NCBI GenBank assembly: GCA_017499595.2
Contig: CM039004.1
Location: 3,100,001-3,164,000, forward strand
Reading direction: 5' to 3'
Length of the DNA: 64,000 nt
Origin: Psilocybe cubensis
Taxonomy: Eukaryota
Notes under the pieces: generated by a model
Database searches by the model: none
Seen by the model: the letters and a program-made list of their open reading frames with translations, nothing else
What the model was told of the DNA's origin: nothing
Part shown: piece after piece, positions 13,542-26,769 of the stretch
Numbering within the stretch: the stretch's first letter is position 1
How the letters are laid out: each line of letters starts with the position of its first letter
Made by a program: the position numbers and the translations under genes

Positions 13542-15381
13542 ATGTCGCTTCTGGCTCCTGCAGCTAGAGCAGGACCTTCCAGGTCAACGGCAACCACGGC
13601 AGCGGCAGCAGTGGTCCTAGGACGCTCTGGAGCTGTTGTGCCGCGGAGACATTCCTCCACGCGTCCAGTTCCTGGGACACCCTCGCGTATGACGCCCTTT
13701 TTCATAAATACCAGCATATTGACCGTTTTTCAGAACCCGGATACTTTCAAAAGAAGGACCCAAATGAAAAACTGAGGAGGAAAATACCTGTATGTTTTTC
13801 AAAACATCATAACTTCTCCACGCTAAGCGATTTGCACTCCGTTAGACCTTCAAACAGTTGCAAAGACTTCCAGCCTCACAGATGGTTCACGAGCTCTTCA
13901 ATGGAAATACGGTCGGGTCCCTTGAATCATTGCCACTGAAGAGTAATGTGGCGCGTACTCCCTCGTCACTCTACCAGATCAGAAAATTCGAAATGAATCG
14001 TCCTGACCCATTGAACGTTTATGGTGCTCCCAGAAATCTGAAATATGAGGTATGATCTAAATAAATTTTCTGATTCTACAGAATGATTGAAGCCTAAATT
14101 CTGTTTACATAGTATACCGTTCTCACCAAACCATATAATGTTGTACGAGAGATCACCCAAGAAGCTCTGAGGTTTGTATCCCATTCGAAGGGCACGCCAA
14201 GTCTTGACTCTCGTGTAGTGCTGAGTGAGTCTCGTCTTCTATCCGAGGGGACGCAGACTCATAATATTCCGCTTAAGCTGGTCGCGCAGGGTCAGGGAAG
14301 AGTGTGCTTTTGCTCCAAATTGTAGAGTGTACTATTCAAGACGGATGGGTGGTCATTTATATCCCTCGAGGTGTGCCATTATTATACCAGTTCCCCATAC
14401 CTGTGTATTGATGTGTTACAACTAAGCCGTCAACCTCGTTAACTCAACCACCCCCTACGTGTATAACATCCGCACACAAACCTATCAACAACCCTCGTAT
14501 TCCTTCCAGATCTTGCAGCGCATGCTAACAGTTAACGGAGGCGCGTTATCTAAAATCCAGCTGTCGGAAGACCTTGTGCTAGAAAGGCAAACCGTGCGCG
14601 CCGGTACGCCACTGTCCGCCGTTATTGAAATCGCCATCGCGGAGAAGGAGAGATCAATAGGACAGTCTCCCGCTATCCTGGAAGCTGTCATGAAATCTTT
14701 GGAGGTCCAAACACAGTCAGTTTCGTGTTCGTTAAAAACCATCGCAAAAGCTGATATGTGCTTCAACAGATATCCCGTACTTCTGGCGGTTGACGATTTC
14801 CAGGCTTTGTACGGTAAGACCGCTTACCGAGATCCACATTTCGACGCCATTAGGTCATACCACCTGTCAATACCAAGAATGATCATGGAATACGCTTCCG
14901 GGAGGAGAAACTTTGTGCGCCCCTTTTCAATTGTTTTGGTGTCATGGGTAGTATTGACGCTGTTTGATCCGTTTTTAGGCTCGTGGTGCAGTTTTTGGAG
15001 CCCTTTCTCTATCTCAATCCAACTACCCTCTGCCTCTTGAACTCCGCGATGCTCTGCAGTTACAAGAGCTAGATGCATACCCTGTGTCTCCATACCTCAA
15101 GCGCAGCAAGGATATGCTGGCGTACACTGAAGGCCTCAGAAAACTTGAAGTCCCGGCGAAGCTGAGTATGCAGGAAGCACTAGCCGTTTTCGAGATCTGG
15201 AAGAAACGCATGGCTATTGGAAAAGGTTAGCACATTGGTATCCGGATCAGTAGTCAATGAGCTGACCTGTGTTCTAGATAACTCATTCTACGATGAGATT
15301 TTCCTTAGCAAGTACACGGAATCAGGTGGAAACGCTAGGGATTTTATCTGGAAAGGTCTTCTTTCCACCACTGATCTATAA
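13542..15381 (+). CDS. RSM23: Mitochondrial small ribosomal subunit protein mS29 (DAP3/Rsm23)
   Basis: Arg/Ser/Ala-rich presequence, P-loop GRAGSGKS, YPVLLAVDDFQALY and C-terminal SGGNARDFIWKGLL; spliced. Confidence 0.88.
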
Positions 15382-16286
15382 TAGCGATCCTTGACCTTCT
15401 TAATTATTACCCGTGCTTTAATCTCAATCGAAAGTGGCAACAGTTTCATTCCAGAGATATACGATTGCACTTATAACAGACTGAGATGACATAGCAGGTC
15501 ATCTCATTAGTGAAGGCCGTATTCCCAAATTGATTGTGATAGTCGTCCTCGCATTTTCCCGGACGCCCTTCACTGACATGTGTCAACAATGTTTTAAGAG
15601 AAACACCGCTGTTTTGATAAATGCACCATCTCGTTGATAAATGAAATTTTTACCAGAGCATGAAGAAGAGAAGACTACCTCGAGTGCTGCGTCGTAGTCA
15701 AGGAAGAGGCCCCTGGACATCCTAAACGCGCACACTCCTCAGCTGATGAGACTTTAGGAGGTGCCCGCGGCCGAACTTTCTCAGTGTATCGTTTACCCCG
15801 TCCCCTAATGCCTGGGTCTAGACGCGCTTGCTAGTCAGTGATTCCTAGTACTCCTGCTCCTGCTCCTACTGATTAGGTGAGGGCAGGTTATGTGCCCGAC
15901 CTACATAGACGAGTTTCATGGAAACCGGGTACAGAATCCATCTCAGACTGGGTCATCCTCCATTAAGAGGTCGCACCCTTTCGAAATATAACTTGAAATG
16001 CACAAAATCTATAATTGTAGTTGCGGTTCAGAGTGCTGCGAGAACGGGCTTTGTCGTGCTTTAAATGCGGCTGGGTCAGTTAAGAGTCGGGGATTTCAAG
16101 GATCATGGATCAAGCTTTCTAGCAATCAGAGTGAAGCTAACTATACTATCTCGAGTCAGGGCGGGTAGCAGTATCTTGACCTGCTTATGCCCGTTTCTCC
16201 CCTGACACTACCTCACCTGCTTCGTCAAATAGAAACTACATCTACGTACGACCGACTGACGGGCGACTGACTGGCAGGCGAACACA

Positions 16287-19200
16287 ATGCGGACGAGACA
16301 GTCACTCTCGCCGTCATCGCCGTCGACTCGAAAGCGGATTCCGACGATACCACCAGTGCCTCGTTCCAAGCCTCCTCTGCCACCCATGGCTACTGTAACG
16401 AAGAAGGTGGTGTTTCCTCATGCCGACCACTGCGATAGCGATGTGAAAGACGAGCTCCTCCCTATGTACGAAGTGTACAGACTGACTGGGGCCAAAACTC
16501 CATATTCGTATTATTTTGCGCGAAGGCCAAGCCTGCAACCGGGATCTGCCATTGGTACAGCGCCTACAGTGAGGGCCCAAAGATACGACGCCGATGACAT
16601 AACTGCCCTGGAGGAATCTGAATCTCGGCGTATGTCATCCATTTCTTCCCTATTGTGCTTTTTTTACGCACGAAATGCCTCCCATATATGTGTTTTGCGA
16701 TGTGATGTTTTATGCTGACGTTTGATTTGGCTTTTGTTCAGGTGCTGCTCGATTGAAGAGGAGGCGTACTATTGGCGACGCCCATAGTATTATTGGGCGC
16801 ATCTCCTCCTACACCTCGTCCTCCTCAACGACCACCAAACCCACTGTCACTACTAGGATCAAACTCCAGGACGCGAAGGAGCAGCGTACGCGGCGACCAC
16901 GGCCATCCACGTACATCGAAGAGACAGAGAACATGAAGCAAACCAAGTCAAACGCAAATTCAAAGGCCCAGGCTCAGGTGCAGGCTCAGAAAAAATCAGA
17001 AAAGGTTCGAAGCCAAAGCCAGGGCCGTTCTCCGATAACGCAGAAACCTGTAGCCGCTGGGCCTACACGGTTACATACGCCAACCCTGCGCACGAATATG
17101 CATATGTCGACGACAAGTGTGCTCCTTTTGCCAAACCTCAACACCGACTCGCTGTGGCTAAACCGGCCCACCAGGCCGCGAGCAAAAACAAACGATGCCC
17201 TGGTACAAGTAAAGGAGAAGGAGAAGGTAGAGAAGGAGGTAGATGGTGTTCGACATGCTTCTGCATCTTCGACGGCTACTTTGGTCCCGAATCCTCCTCT
17301 TCTTCCTCCACCGGACGTCCTGGTTCATGCACAAACAACGAGTCCGCTGGTGGTTCCTGTGCGTCCTGCACGTCCTGCTGAATCGCTGTACTCCAACGAA
17401 TCGACGTTCCGTACGATATGTGCATCTGCTTCAATGCAGGAGAACGACGTGGACGCGTTGCGCGGCCCGACATCAAATCTTCGACCTCAACCACAACCTC
17501 AGACAGGTCCTCAATACCTTCATCCACATGGAGACCATCAGCAACTCAAACAGCTGAACATGGAGAAGCGAAGGTCAAAGCTGCGCTCGCCTTCCGTGGC
17601 GACGTCTGTGTCATTCTACAGCCAGAAGAGTTTCCCTCATCGGCTTCAGCTCCCTACGGATGTCGACACAGAAGAGCTTGCGTGGCTCGTTATCGATGAC
17701 GATGACGACGGCGATGGAAATGTAGGCGATAGTCAAACCGGTCCGGGTATCAAAGATCCAGCATATCTTTCAGCTGACTATACTGCAAACCAGCCACGGG
17801 ATGGAGGGCGCCATCCGTCAAGTAGTAACTTGAGCCTCCTATCTGACGGCAAGTCGACTGGGACAGTGAGATCGCAGAACCGCTCAACACGTACACGGAG
17901 TACCAGACCCAAGACCCGCTCTCGCTCACGCTCGCGCCACCGCTCCGGGAGAGCTGGTGGAAGTAGCAGCAATCGACAGCGGGAAAAACAGCCTCCTACA
18001 CCGTCAATATCACCGTCAGCATGGTCTGCAACCCGCCTCGGACCCTCTGCATCGCGCACGCCATCGATAGCACCCTCCGCGTGGTCCGCACCAATGTCGA
18101 TGTCGATGTCAGCACGGTCTGTTCGCACAGTCGGATCTCGCGCACATTCGGTGGCGCCGTCGGCATGGTCGAGGGCGAAATCTGACTCGCTGTCGATCGC
18201 TCGTTCAAACTTCACAGCCACATCTCGGTCGACGGCAACGTCGAGATCCACGTCGACGACGACGTCAGGATGGGCGCGCAGGGATATTACAGAGGTACAG
18301 GAGGATATGAAGTCGTTCCTCGATATGTCAGAGGATTCGAGGTGGCATTTTTCTTCCTCCTCTTCGTCTTCGTCTTCGTCATCGGCTGCGTCTGTGGTCT
18401 CTGCTTCGCCGTCTTCGTGCTCTTCACCAGAAGTGGGGTGTGGGCCCGTGCCGGAAATATCGGTATCTGTGCCAGTACCTGCTGGGTCCTCACCTGGTTT
18501 AGTTGAGGGTAAGGACATTACAGGATCAGCGAGCGAAGTGAAAGAGACGGCGAGAAGAAGGTGGCAAGATAGGGAGTCGACAATCCTTCCTCAATCGCGG
18601 AACGCTAGTCCAACGCAGCAGAGCATCGACCTGGATTTCGCTGACGACATGCGGTACAGCCCGAGCCTAAACCCAACGCTGGCGTATATCGTATTCGGGC
18701 CGGAAGATGATGGTGTGGGCGTCAACCTTGCAGAGGAGTCACTGTCGCTCTCGCCTGTCCTGATACCTCCGTCCTCACCCTCGCTTTCTCATAAGTTGAA
18801 TCCACCGATGATTCAATCTAGCACGGCGTCAACATCCTCGTCGACGGCCGTTGCTTCGAGCTCGGATGTCCACTTTGACAATGGTTCTGGAAAGGGGGCT
18901 GTAGCTGTCACAGGACCCTCGAGTTGGGGTGAAAAAGAAGAGGAAATTTGCGAGGATTACGATTATGGTGTGGCGGTCGACGTGTTGGTGGATCATCAGC
19001 ACGAGCGTAAACGTAGTCCCCATTCCCATCCGCGTTCGCAGCGCCGGCACCGGCGACATGGATCGCACAAATCGCTTGCGAACAAAGACGATACGAGTGA
19101 AGTTGTTGTGGTTGTCGTGGAGGAGAAAGAGGGCATAGTCCACTTGATGGATGCTACGGAGGGCCAGAAGGACATTGAGGTGGTATTGGGAGCAAACGAA

Positions 19201-20016
19201 ATGATTGACGTATGGAATGAGAAGGAGAAGTCGGAGAAGGAGAACCTGAAGCCACACAGGAGTTCGAATTCAGGTTTGGGTCCTGCTTCAAAGTCCGGAG
19301 CGCCTTCACCCGAGGGTAGGCGGTCGCAATCGAGGGCACGGGCTCGAGCTGGCAGCAGAGCCCGGAATGAGGATGGTGGTGCTGTAGCCTCGCGGAACAG
19401 TCGTCATTCTCAGCATGGCAGTGGCCACGGTTCGATTAGGTCCAACATTCCTCCCAGCCACGCGGCACCACCTGCACATCTTCCCCGCCCATACATTAAC
19501 TCGAAATCCAGTAAAAATGTGGGTGGTGGTTCGGGCACGCGGATGCAGGCGCGGAGCGTGCGTGCGGTACGGAAGAAGACTTCTGCGCGCACACTGAGGA
19601 AGGACTTTGGGAGTCGCAATATCGGTGTTGGTGTTACGGGTATTGTCGGTGTCGATTCAGGCGTACATGTGGATGTGGACGTCGGGTTAGGTTCAGGAGG
19701 AGGCCTTGGCGCTGTTGGCGTGTTGGACCCACGACTGCAGCCCGAGTATTATAACCACAGCGTCGGTGCGGGTGTCAGGACGAGTACAAACGCAACAGCA
19801 TCAAATACAAGTATGCCTATGAATGTAAGTGCAAACAACAGAGCACGAGCACGAGCGAGTCTACAGAAGAAGCGAGGGCTGGATGACGTCAGAGACAGCC
19901 GTCCGGTAATGGCCAGCCACAACCACGCAGAGAGGGAGGAGAAGAAGAATAAAGACAAGAAGTCGAAATCGCTGTTTAATTTCCTTCATGTAGCCAGCTT
20001 GTTTGCGAGGGTTTGA
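16287..20016 (+). CDS. Large Ser/Arg/Pro-rich, likely disordered hypothetical protein (~1200 aa)
   Basis: Exon 1 from 16287, intron ~16630-16741, then a 1087-codon open frame. No recognisable domain. Confidence 0.75.
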
Positions 20017-20658
20017 GTGCGATATGGTTGCTGGTTTATGGAATTATGCTTAATATGTGCTTGATTTTACGGATTTTTGGGCGCGTCTGGACTAGTGGCG
20101 GATGAAAGCATGTACTGTGTTGATTTGGTAGATAACGTGGAAGATAAATACCTGTTTTACAAGGAGCGTCAAAACATCACCAGAAACTGTCGTACCCATG
20201 GGAGAAAGCCTTACAGCCCTTCCAAAGTGTATATGGTGCAGGGTGGGACTTTCGGAGCGCCCAATTAACCGAGAGCTCTGAAAGATGTGTGTGAGTCACA
20301 CAAACACGACGGTACCGGGATTCGAAGGGGATCGAAGGGAGGAACCTAGAAAGAAAAGCTAAGCACGTCATGGACGATAAAGGGCCGTACATACTGGTGG
20401 TCGGAAGGAGTTATCCTCGATGTCGATCTTGATACTGGCTGCAGCTGTAAACATAAATAAGTCGTCAGTAGCCTTTCATAGTTCCAAATATTCCCATCAA
20501 AGGGCCGAAAAGTATGAATCAAGATAGAATTTGTTTATGCATTGCAAGAACTAGTAAAACACATTTGATTTGTTAGAATTGAGAAATTGGCATGGATTGA
20601 GTGGGTAGCATTATTCCTCATCAGCGTCGTTCAATGGATAGCCGAATACCATCTAGAC

Positions 20659-21253
20659 TCAGAAGAATGTCGATCCTTCTGGAGGTTGGGGCAGCTTCCT
20701 GTTATTGAATGACGCCATTTCCCTGAAGAAATATAACATGATATGAATATAATCGCAACAAAACCAAGGTGATACTACGAACTTGCGGATCTCCACGAGA
20801 ACGTGCTCGATGCTGAGAGCCCTTGACCAGTTAGCAAGGACGGGGAGTTTAGCGGGGTCTACTTTGCCGTTCATTTGATTGACAAAGGGAAGGTTGACGC
20901 GCGAGATGAACTCGACTTCAGGACGAGCATCAGGGTAAGCTGGACCACAGGTGATCTTGAGACTATAGATGCGGTTCTCGTGGACAGTCTGATGGTTTGA
21001 TATCGTCATAAAAGGGCCCTGAGAATGAGCGAAGAGCTGCTGCTTACATGGCCAGGACCGATGATGGTTCCGTTCCAATTGCTCATCAGGATATCGTCGC
21101 CATCTTCAAGACCATAGGAGCAAGAGCCATCGCCAATTCCCTTCTCGCCCTTCTCAAGCTCTTCTAGGAGACGGAAATTCCTGGGAACTGAGAATAGGGA
21201 CTGTATAAGTATTCTGGATATATGAGATGCACTGCGTGCAGACCTTTAGCCAT
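20659..21253 (-). CDS. MMS2: Ubiquitin-conjugating enzyme variant Mms2/Uev1
   Basis: Spliced [30 protein letters not shown]...[25 protein letters not shown]...[11 protein letters not shown]. Confidence 0.96.
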
Positions 21254-21464
21254 GGTGAGAGTAAACTAGTCAAGTAAGAAAGAAAGGGAAGCTAAGCGGG
21301 CAATGAGAGGATAACGCCGCTTAGTCACAGCCACCAAGGTCAAGTCAAGGTCTCCTTGTCGCATAGCCATCCACCACCTTCTCTCATCCGCAGTCATCCC
21401 CCTCTCTCATATCCCCCATCGTTCCTCTATATATCATCCACTACAGCTAATCATATAATCAGCC

Positions 21465-24400
21465 ATGTTCGGTGGCGGCTCGTCTACTGAGTACGATGAT
21501 ATCGTTAGTAAGTCATCAGTTACCCATAGTATTGTTAAAGCTGCATTTCTCACATCTTACGCACATCAGGCAAGACAACCGACGAAAATCTGACAAGCGA
21601 GAACTGGGAGCTCATATTAAATCTGTGCGATAAGGTGCAAGACGAGGGACAAGCAGGGTGCGCGAACCCCTAGTCATAACAATCCGCAGGGGCTAACGCT
21701 GATTTAAACGTCATATTTCAGTGCACACAGCTGTATTGCCGCTGTGCTGAAGCGTCTAGCGCACCGTAATCCTAATGTCCAGCTGTATGCTTTGTCCCTG
21801 ACCGAATCGCTGAGCAAGAACCTTGGCATCGAAATACATCGCGAGTTGGCTTCGAGGGCATTCACTCAAGGCCTCGAGCGGCTCATTACAGATCGGGTAC
21901 GTGCAACAAAGGTTGGGCGAATAATGTCAACTTAATGACATCCTTCTCTAGAATACTCATGAAAAAGTACGGAGGAGGGCACTTGGTCTGATAGCTATGT
22001 GGGCTGCCGAGTTCGAGAAAGATGAATCATTGGGGATCATGGAGGATTGTTATAACAATTTGAAAGCTAAAAGTCAGTCTGGATTTGTTTTCTCGTCAGC
22101 TTCGTGCCATTCTGATCTATGGTATCTCTTCGCAGATTACAAATTCGAACAGCCAAACGAACCAGCACCTCCAACCGTCGACGACGAAATCCGACGTAAA
22201 GAAGAAGAAGAACTACAGCGCGTACTCGAAATGTCGATGCAAGACCGTGGCGGTCGCTCACAGTGGTCCGACTACAGCCTCGCCGCAGGCTCGTCATCGT
22301 CCACCGGTGCAGGCGCGGGCACCTCGGGCTCAAGCGGCGGCGGCGTTGGACGTAGCGGGTCAATTGCCTCTCCTGTATCTGGTACCGGCAGCGGCTCTGC
22401 GCATCCCTTCGCGCAGCCCAAGTATCAGGCGGGTGGGTACGTTCCTGCACGCACGCCCTCGCCGGCGACGATGGCTGCACAACAACGCCAGCAACAACTG
22501 CAATACCAACAGGCGCAACAGAAACAGGCGCAGCAGCAGCTCCAACAGGCGCAGGCTGCTGCTGCTGCGCATGCTGTGCCAGCTGCGGTGACCGAGTCAC
22601 TTCCGCCTACATTAGCATCGACTTCATCTGCTGCTGCTGGTTCTTCGTCTACTTATGCGTCGACGAACACTCCGGCTGCGTCTGTTTCATCTATGGCTGC
22701 GAGTGGAAACATCGTGACCCGTGTTCGTGCTCTGCATACATTTGAAGCAACAGAACCTGGCGAGCTTGCGTTCGAGCAAGGAGACATCATCAAGGTCGTT
22801 GATCGCGGATACAAAGACTGGTGGAGAGGCCAGCTGAAGGGCAGGACGGGTATATTCCCTGTTAATTATGTGGTACGTGTTGTGTTTGAATCATTTCTTG
22901 CTTCGTTTCGGTCTTGTTTCGTTCGTCTACTCATTTCTTTTTACAGGAAGCGATGCCCGAACCGACAGCTGCCGAACTGGCCAAAGAGGCAGAACAGGAA
23001 GCAGCTGTGTTTGCACAGGCTGTTAATGTTGAAAAATTGCTGAACATGTTGCGGGCTCTCGATCCGGCGAAGGATAACCTAGCTGATAACGAAGAGATCC
23101 AGGTAATCTCCTTCAAGCTCCTCTTCGTTCACGACTAACCGGTTTTTTAATTATTTAGGAGCTGTACAGAGCGAGCATGGCGTTAAGGCCAAAGATTGTG
23201 AAACTTATTGATAAATACAGTCAGAAGCGAGGTGTGTATTGGAACGATTGTGGTATTAGCTTTACTGATAAAATCCTTTGGAAACTTCCAGCTGATTTGG
23301 TGTCGATGAACGAGACATTTGTCCGTGCTCGCAATATCTTTGATAGAATGATGGAAGAGAGTCTTGCGAGGCATACAGCAGGTGAGTTCTTCCCTTCAAA
23401 CATACTGACCTCCTCTTCATCATCATGGATCTTGTTTTCTCATTCCAATTTTATTCTCAGTCTACGAACAACCATACCACCGCGCGTCTTTCGTACCCCA
23501 AGTCCGCCCCGACTCACGCGACCCAAACGGTCGTCGGGCAGAGTACGGTCCCTCACCCGGACCGACACCTGCACCATACGGCTGGAACGCGCCTGCGGGA
23601 TACCCACAAGAGCCACCACAGCAACAGCCTGTGTATGGTGCGTACCCTGCCCAGGCAACTCCAGGATATGCAATTCCTGTGCAGCAGCAGCCTGTGGTGA
23701 CCACGCCTGGGCAGCAGCAGCCTCCTCCCGTTCAGCAGCAGCAGCAGTACCAGCAACCTCCGCCACAACAGCAAGTACCCCAGCAACAACCACAGCAGGT
23801 TCCAGCGGCGTATGGGGTTGCTCCCCAGGGAGGGTATGCGGGACATCAGACTAATGTACCGTATAGTCAGCAGGGCCCAACGCCATATCCTACTCAGCAG
23901 CAACAGCCAGTCCAACCTGTTCAGCAGCAGCAGCAGCCGATCCAGCCTCAACTTGAACACCAGCAATCATTCAATCACATTCCACCTCAGCAGCAGCAGC
24001 CTATCCAACCTCAGCCCGTTCAACAGCAACAGCCACAGCCGGTTCAAACGCAACAGATCCCCATCCAACAGGCCCAACCCGTCCAGCAGCCAATTCAGGC
24101 TGCTGCCCAAGCAGAACCAGTCCAAGCTCAAGTGCAACCCCAGGCTGCCGCCGTATCGCCGCAACCACAAGCCCAGCCACAAACCCAGACTCAATCGCAA
24201 CTTCAACCACAACCCCAGCAAGACCCCTCTCAACCTATAACGGGCCCGCCTCCCTACGTGTACAACCCATCCTATACGTACGCGGATCCGAACGTGCAGG
24301 CGTGGGCGCAGTATTATGCGCAGGGCGGTAGGGATCTAGCGGGCGCGGTGTATTTCTTGTCGATTCCGGGCGTTACTGAGACGCAGGCTCAGGGAGCTCA

Positions 24401-24986
24401 GGGGCAGGCACAGGCACAGGCACAGGGACCTCAGAGGCAAGGCTCTGTGGAAGCCACAGCTCAGGGTACGGATCAGCAGCAGCAGACGTTACAGCGCCAA
24501 CAAAGTTACCAAGCCCCAGCTCAGCAGCAGCAGCAAGGTAACCCACAGGCACAGGTGCAGGCACAACCGGCAGCGGACAATCAATTCGCATACGGTTCTG
24601 GAGCTGCTCGTGCGGTGTCACCCATCGCTCAGCAACAACAGCAACAGCAGCCAATCCAGCCAATGGCACACTCGTCGATGCCCCGATACCAACTCCAAGA
24701 TCAGCCTGTTTCTCAGTCTCAGCCTCAGGAACAACCTCAATACGCAACCCAATACGTTAACGATGTGGCGGGCAAACAAGCCAGCCCAACTTCTCCTATC
24801 GGCAGCGGCCCAGGCGGCGTGCCGCGCCCAGGGACGGCGGGGTCGTACCACAGCCCGACGCAGAACGCGTCGACGCCGTCGTGGGTTCTTCCTAAGAAGA
24901 CGACAACGCCTGGCCCCGGTGGACAGTTTGGTGGCGTGAGCTTGAGTGATCCGGCTGGTGGGAGTGCTGCTGCTAGTCTCGTTTAA
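21465..24986 (+). CDS. HSE1: ESCRT-0 subunit Hse1/STAM (VHS-UIM-SH3-GAT) with a long Q/P-rich tail
   Basis: VHS (TDENLTSENWELILNLCDKV, RLAHRNPNVQLYAL), UIM (EEEELQRVLEMSM), SH3 (VRALHTF...ELAF..GD...DWWRG...GIFPVNYV), then a helical region. Confidence 0.94.
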
Positions 24987-26082
24987 TTGAGCGATGGCGG
25001 TTCATGGTGGGTTTCGAAATGCATATGAAGTATAATTGATCGGATTTTCGTCTATAAGTTTTCCTTTTATTTTCTCTTGTCATTCTTTTACTTTTTAAAT
25101 GTCATGTTGTTTTTTTTCTTTATAGTTGGCTTCTTTTCTTAATCTTATTTCTGTTTGTGGTATCATTTGAGTAAGGTTAGGGTGCCATAGACCTGCAGAC
25201 AGACGAGACAGGCTCTGATCTCGTTATGCAGTATCCTTCCTCAGTACGAATGTGTATGAGTGAAATAGGATAATATCATTCGTTTTTGTTATTACTCTCA
25301 TTGTCATTGACGATCCAGGTGCCCTTGAACTAACTCACTTCTGAAAACATGGATAAGCATGAATACCATCAGAAAGAAGGAAAACAAGTTCGGGACCTCC
25401 GATCGGCACCCACCTTGGAAATACAAACTCCGATCATCCCCGACATCAACTTCAAATTTATGAGTTACTGTAGTGCTCGAGCCTGCAAGCTCTTCGCACA
25501 GCTTAATTCAGAAAGAGCTATAAAAGAAGAAAGATGTGATGTCCTCTCAAATGTCTAATATCTGACGACTCGATGTGGGACGCTGGTCTCCGAGATATCC
25601 AGAGCGTACGCATGAAACAGCATTGAGCGCGAAGCAACGAGAAAAACAAGGCCCGCAGCAGTGCTTAAGCATATTTTCTTATATTATGTTACTGCGCCTT
25701 GCACCTCGGCTTCCACTTAGATGTATAATCACTTATGACATGTGCATAATGTTATATGATATATTGAGGATCATTACGCAGATCCTTACAAATGCGGCAA
25801 CGTTCGTAATATTGTGTGTACGCGAATTATCGAGTGGTTGGACTCTGGATGTATGGGTTGACAGAAGGATGAATAAGTAAAGGTGATACCGAGCACCGCA
25901 GCAATACCGCGAGAGTTGAATTTCTAGAAAAGGGAGTTTACTTTGTAGTAGCATACGCAAAAGCACAAGACGAAAAAAACACATTTAAAGAGCAATAATT
26001 TAGTAGCCAAATCTCCATCGCCCACCAGCTTGAACAAACCAGCCTTCTAAGCGTTCATTCATACCCACACCAAACGTACCCA

Positions 26083-26769
26083 ATGTCTCCGAAAGTCTTC
26101 AACATGGGTCTCATCCTAATCCAACCCGAATTCCAATGGCTCGACGCCTCCGGGCCCGTCGACTACATCAACAACCACTCCCGAGCCATGATATCGCACC
26201 TCCATCTCCCCGGCGACATCACCGACAAGGCGCCCATAATCAACTGGCACTACATCTCCTCCGACCTCACGCCCGTGCAACCAACCTCTGGCCCGCTGCA
26301 GGTCCCGACATGCACGTTCGCTACGTGCCCACCGTTAGACTTTATCGTTGTTCCGGGGCCTGACCCCACGGCTCAGGCGTCAAAGGAATTCACCGAGTTT
26401 ATCCAGCAGCGCGTTGCTGATCCAGGACTTCGCGGTCTGCTTATGGTCTGCACTGCTTCGCTAATGGTCGCGCAAACGGGCGTTCTTGACGGGCACCAAG
26501 CGTGCACGGCAAAGGTCGCGCTGAAAGCTTTCTCCCAAGCAGGCATACTTAACAAGAGCGTCAAGTGGGTAGGCGATCGGCGCTGGGTCGTCGACGGAAA
26601 GCTGTGGAGCGCGGCGGGAATCACGTCGGGCATTGACCTCGCGGCTGAATTTGCGAGGGTGTATTTTGACCCAGTTATTGTGCAGTTAGCGAAGGATGCG
26701 GCGGAGTATGAGCCCAAGCCTGCATATCCAGATCCGTTTGCGAGGTTGTTGGATGGTGTAGAGTTGTAG
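26083..26769 (+). CDS. DJ-1/PfpI (ThiJ) family protein, isocyanide-hydratase-like; intronless
   Basis: FQWLDASGP, LDFIVVPG, nucleophile motif VCT, RWVVDGKLWSAAGITSGID and C-terminal EYEP. Confidence 0.88.
   Translation: MSPKVFNMGLILIQPEFQWLDASGPVDYINNHSRAMISHLHLPGDITDKAPIINWHYISSDLTPVQPTSGPLQVPTCTFATCPPLDFIVVPGPDPTAQASKEFTEFIQQRVADPGLRGLLMVCTASLMVAQTGVLDGHQACTAKVALKAFSQAGILNKSVKWVGDRRWVVDGKLWSAAGITSGIDLAAEFARVYFDPVIVQLAKDAAEYEPKPAYPDPFARLLDGVEL

Noticed and set aside
15482-15506. 9-bp inverted repeat TGAGATGAC...GTCATCTCA after DAP3
   Set aside because: Short enough to arise by chance; no associated element.
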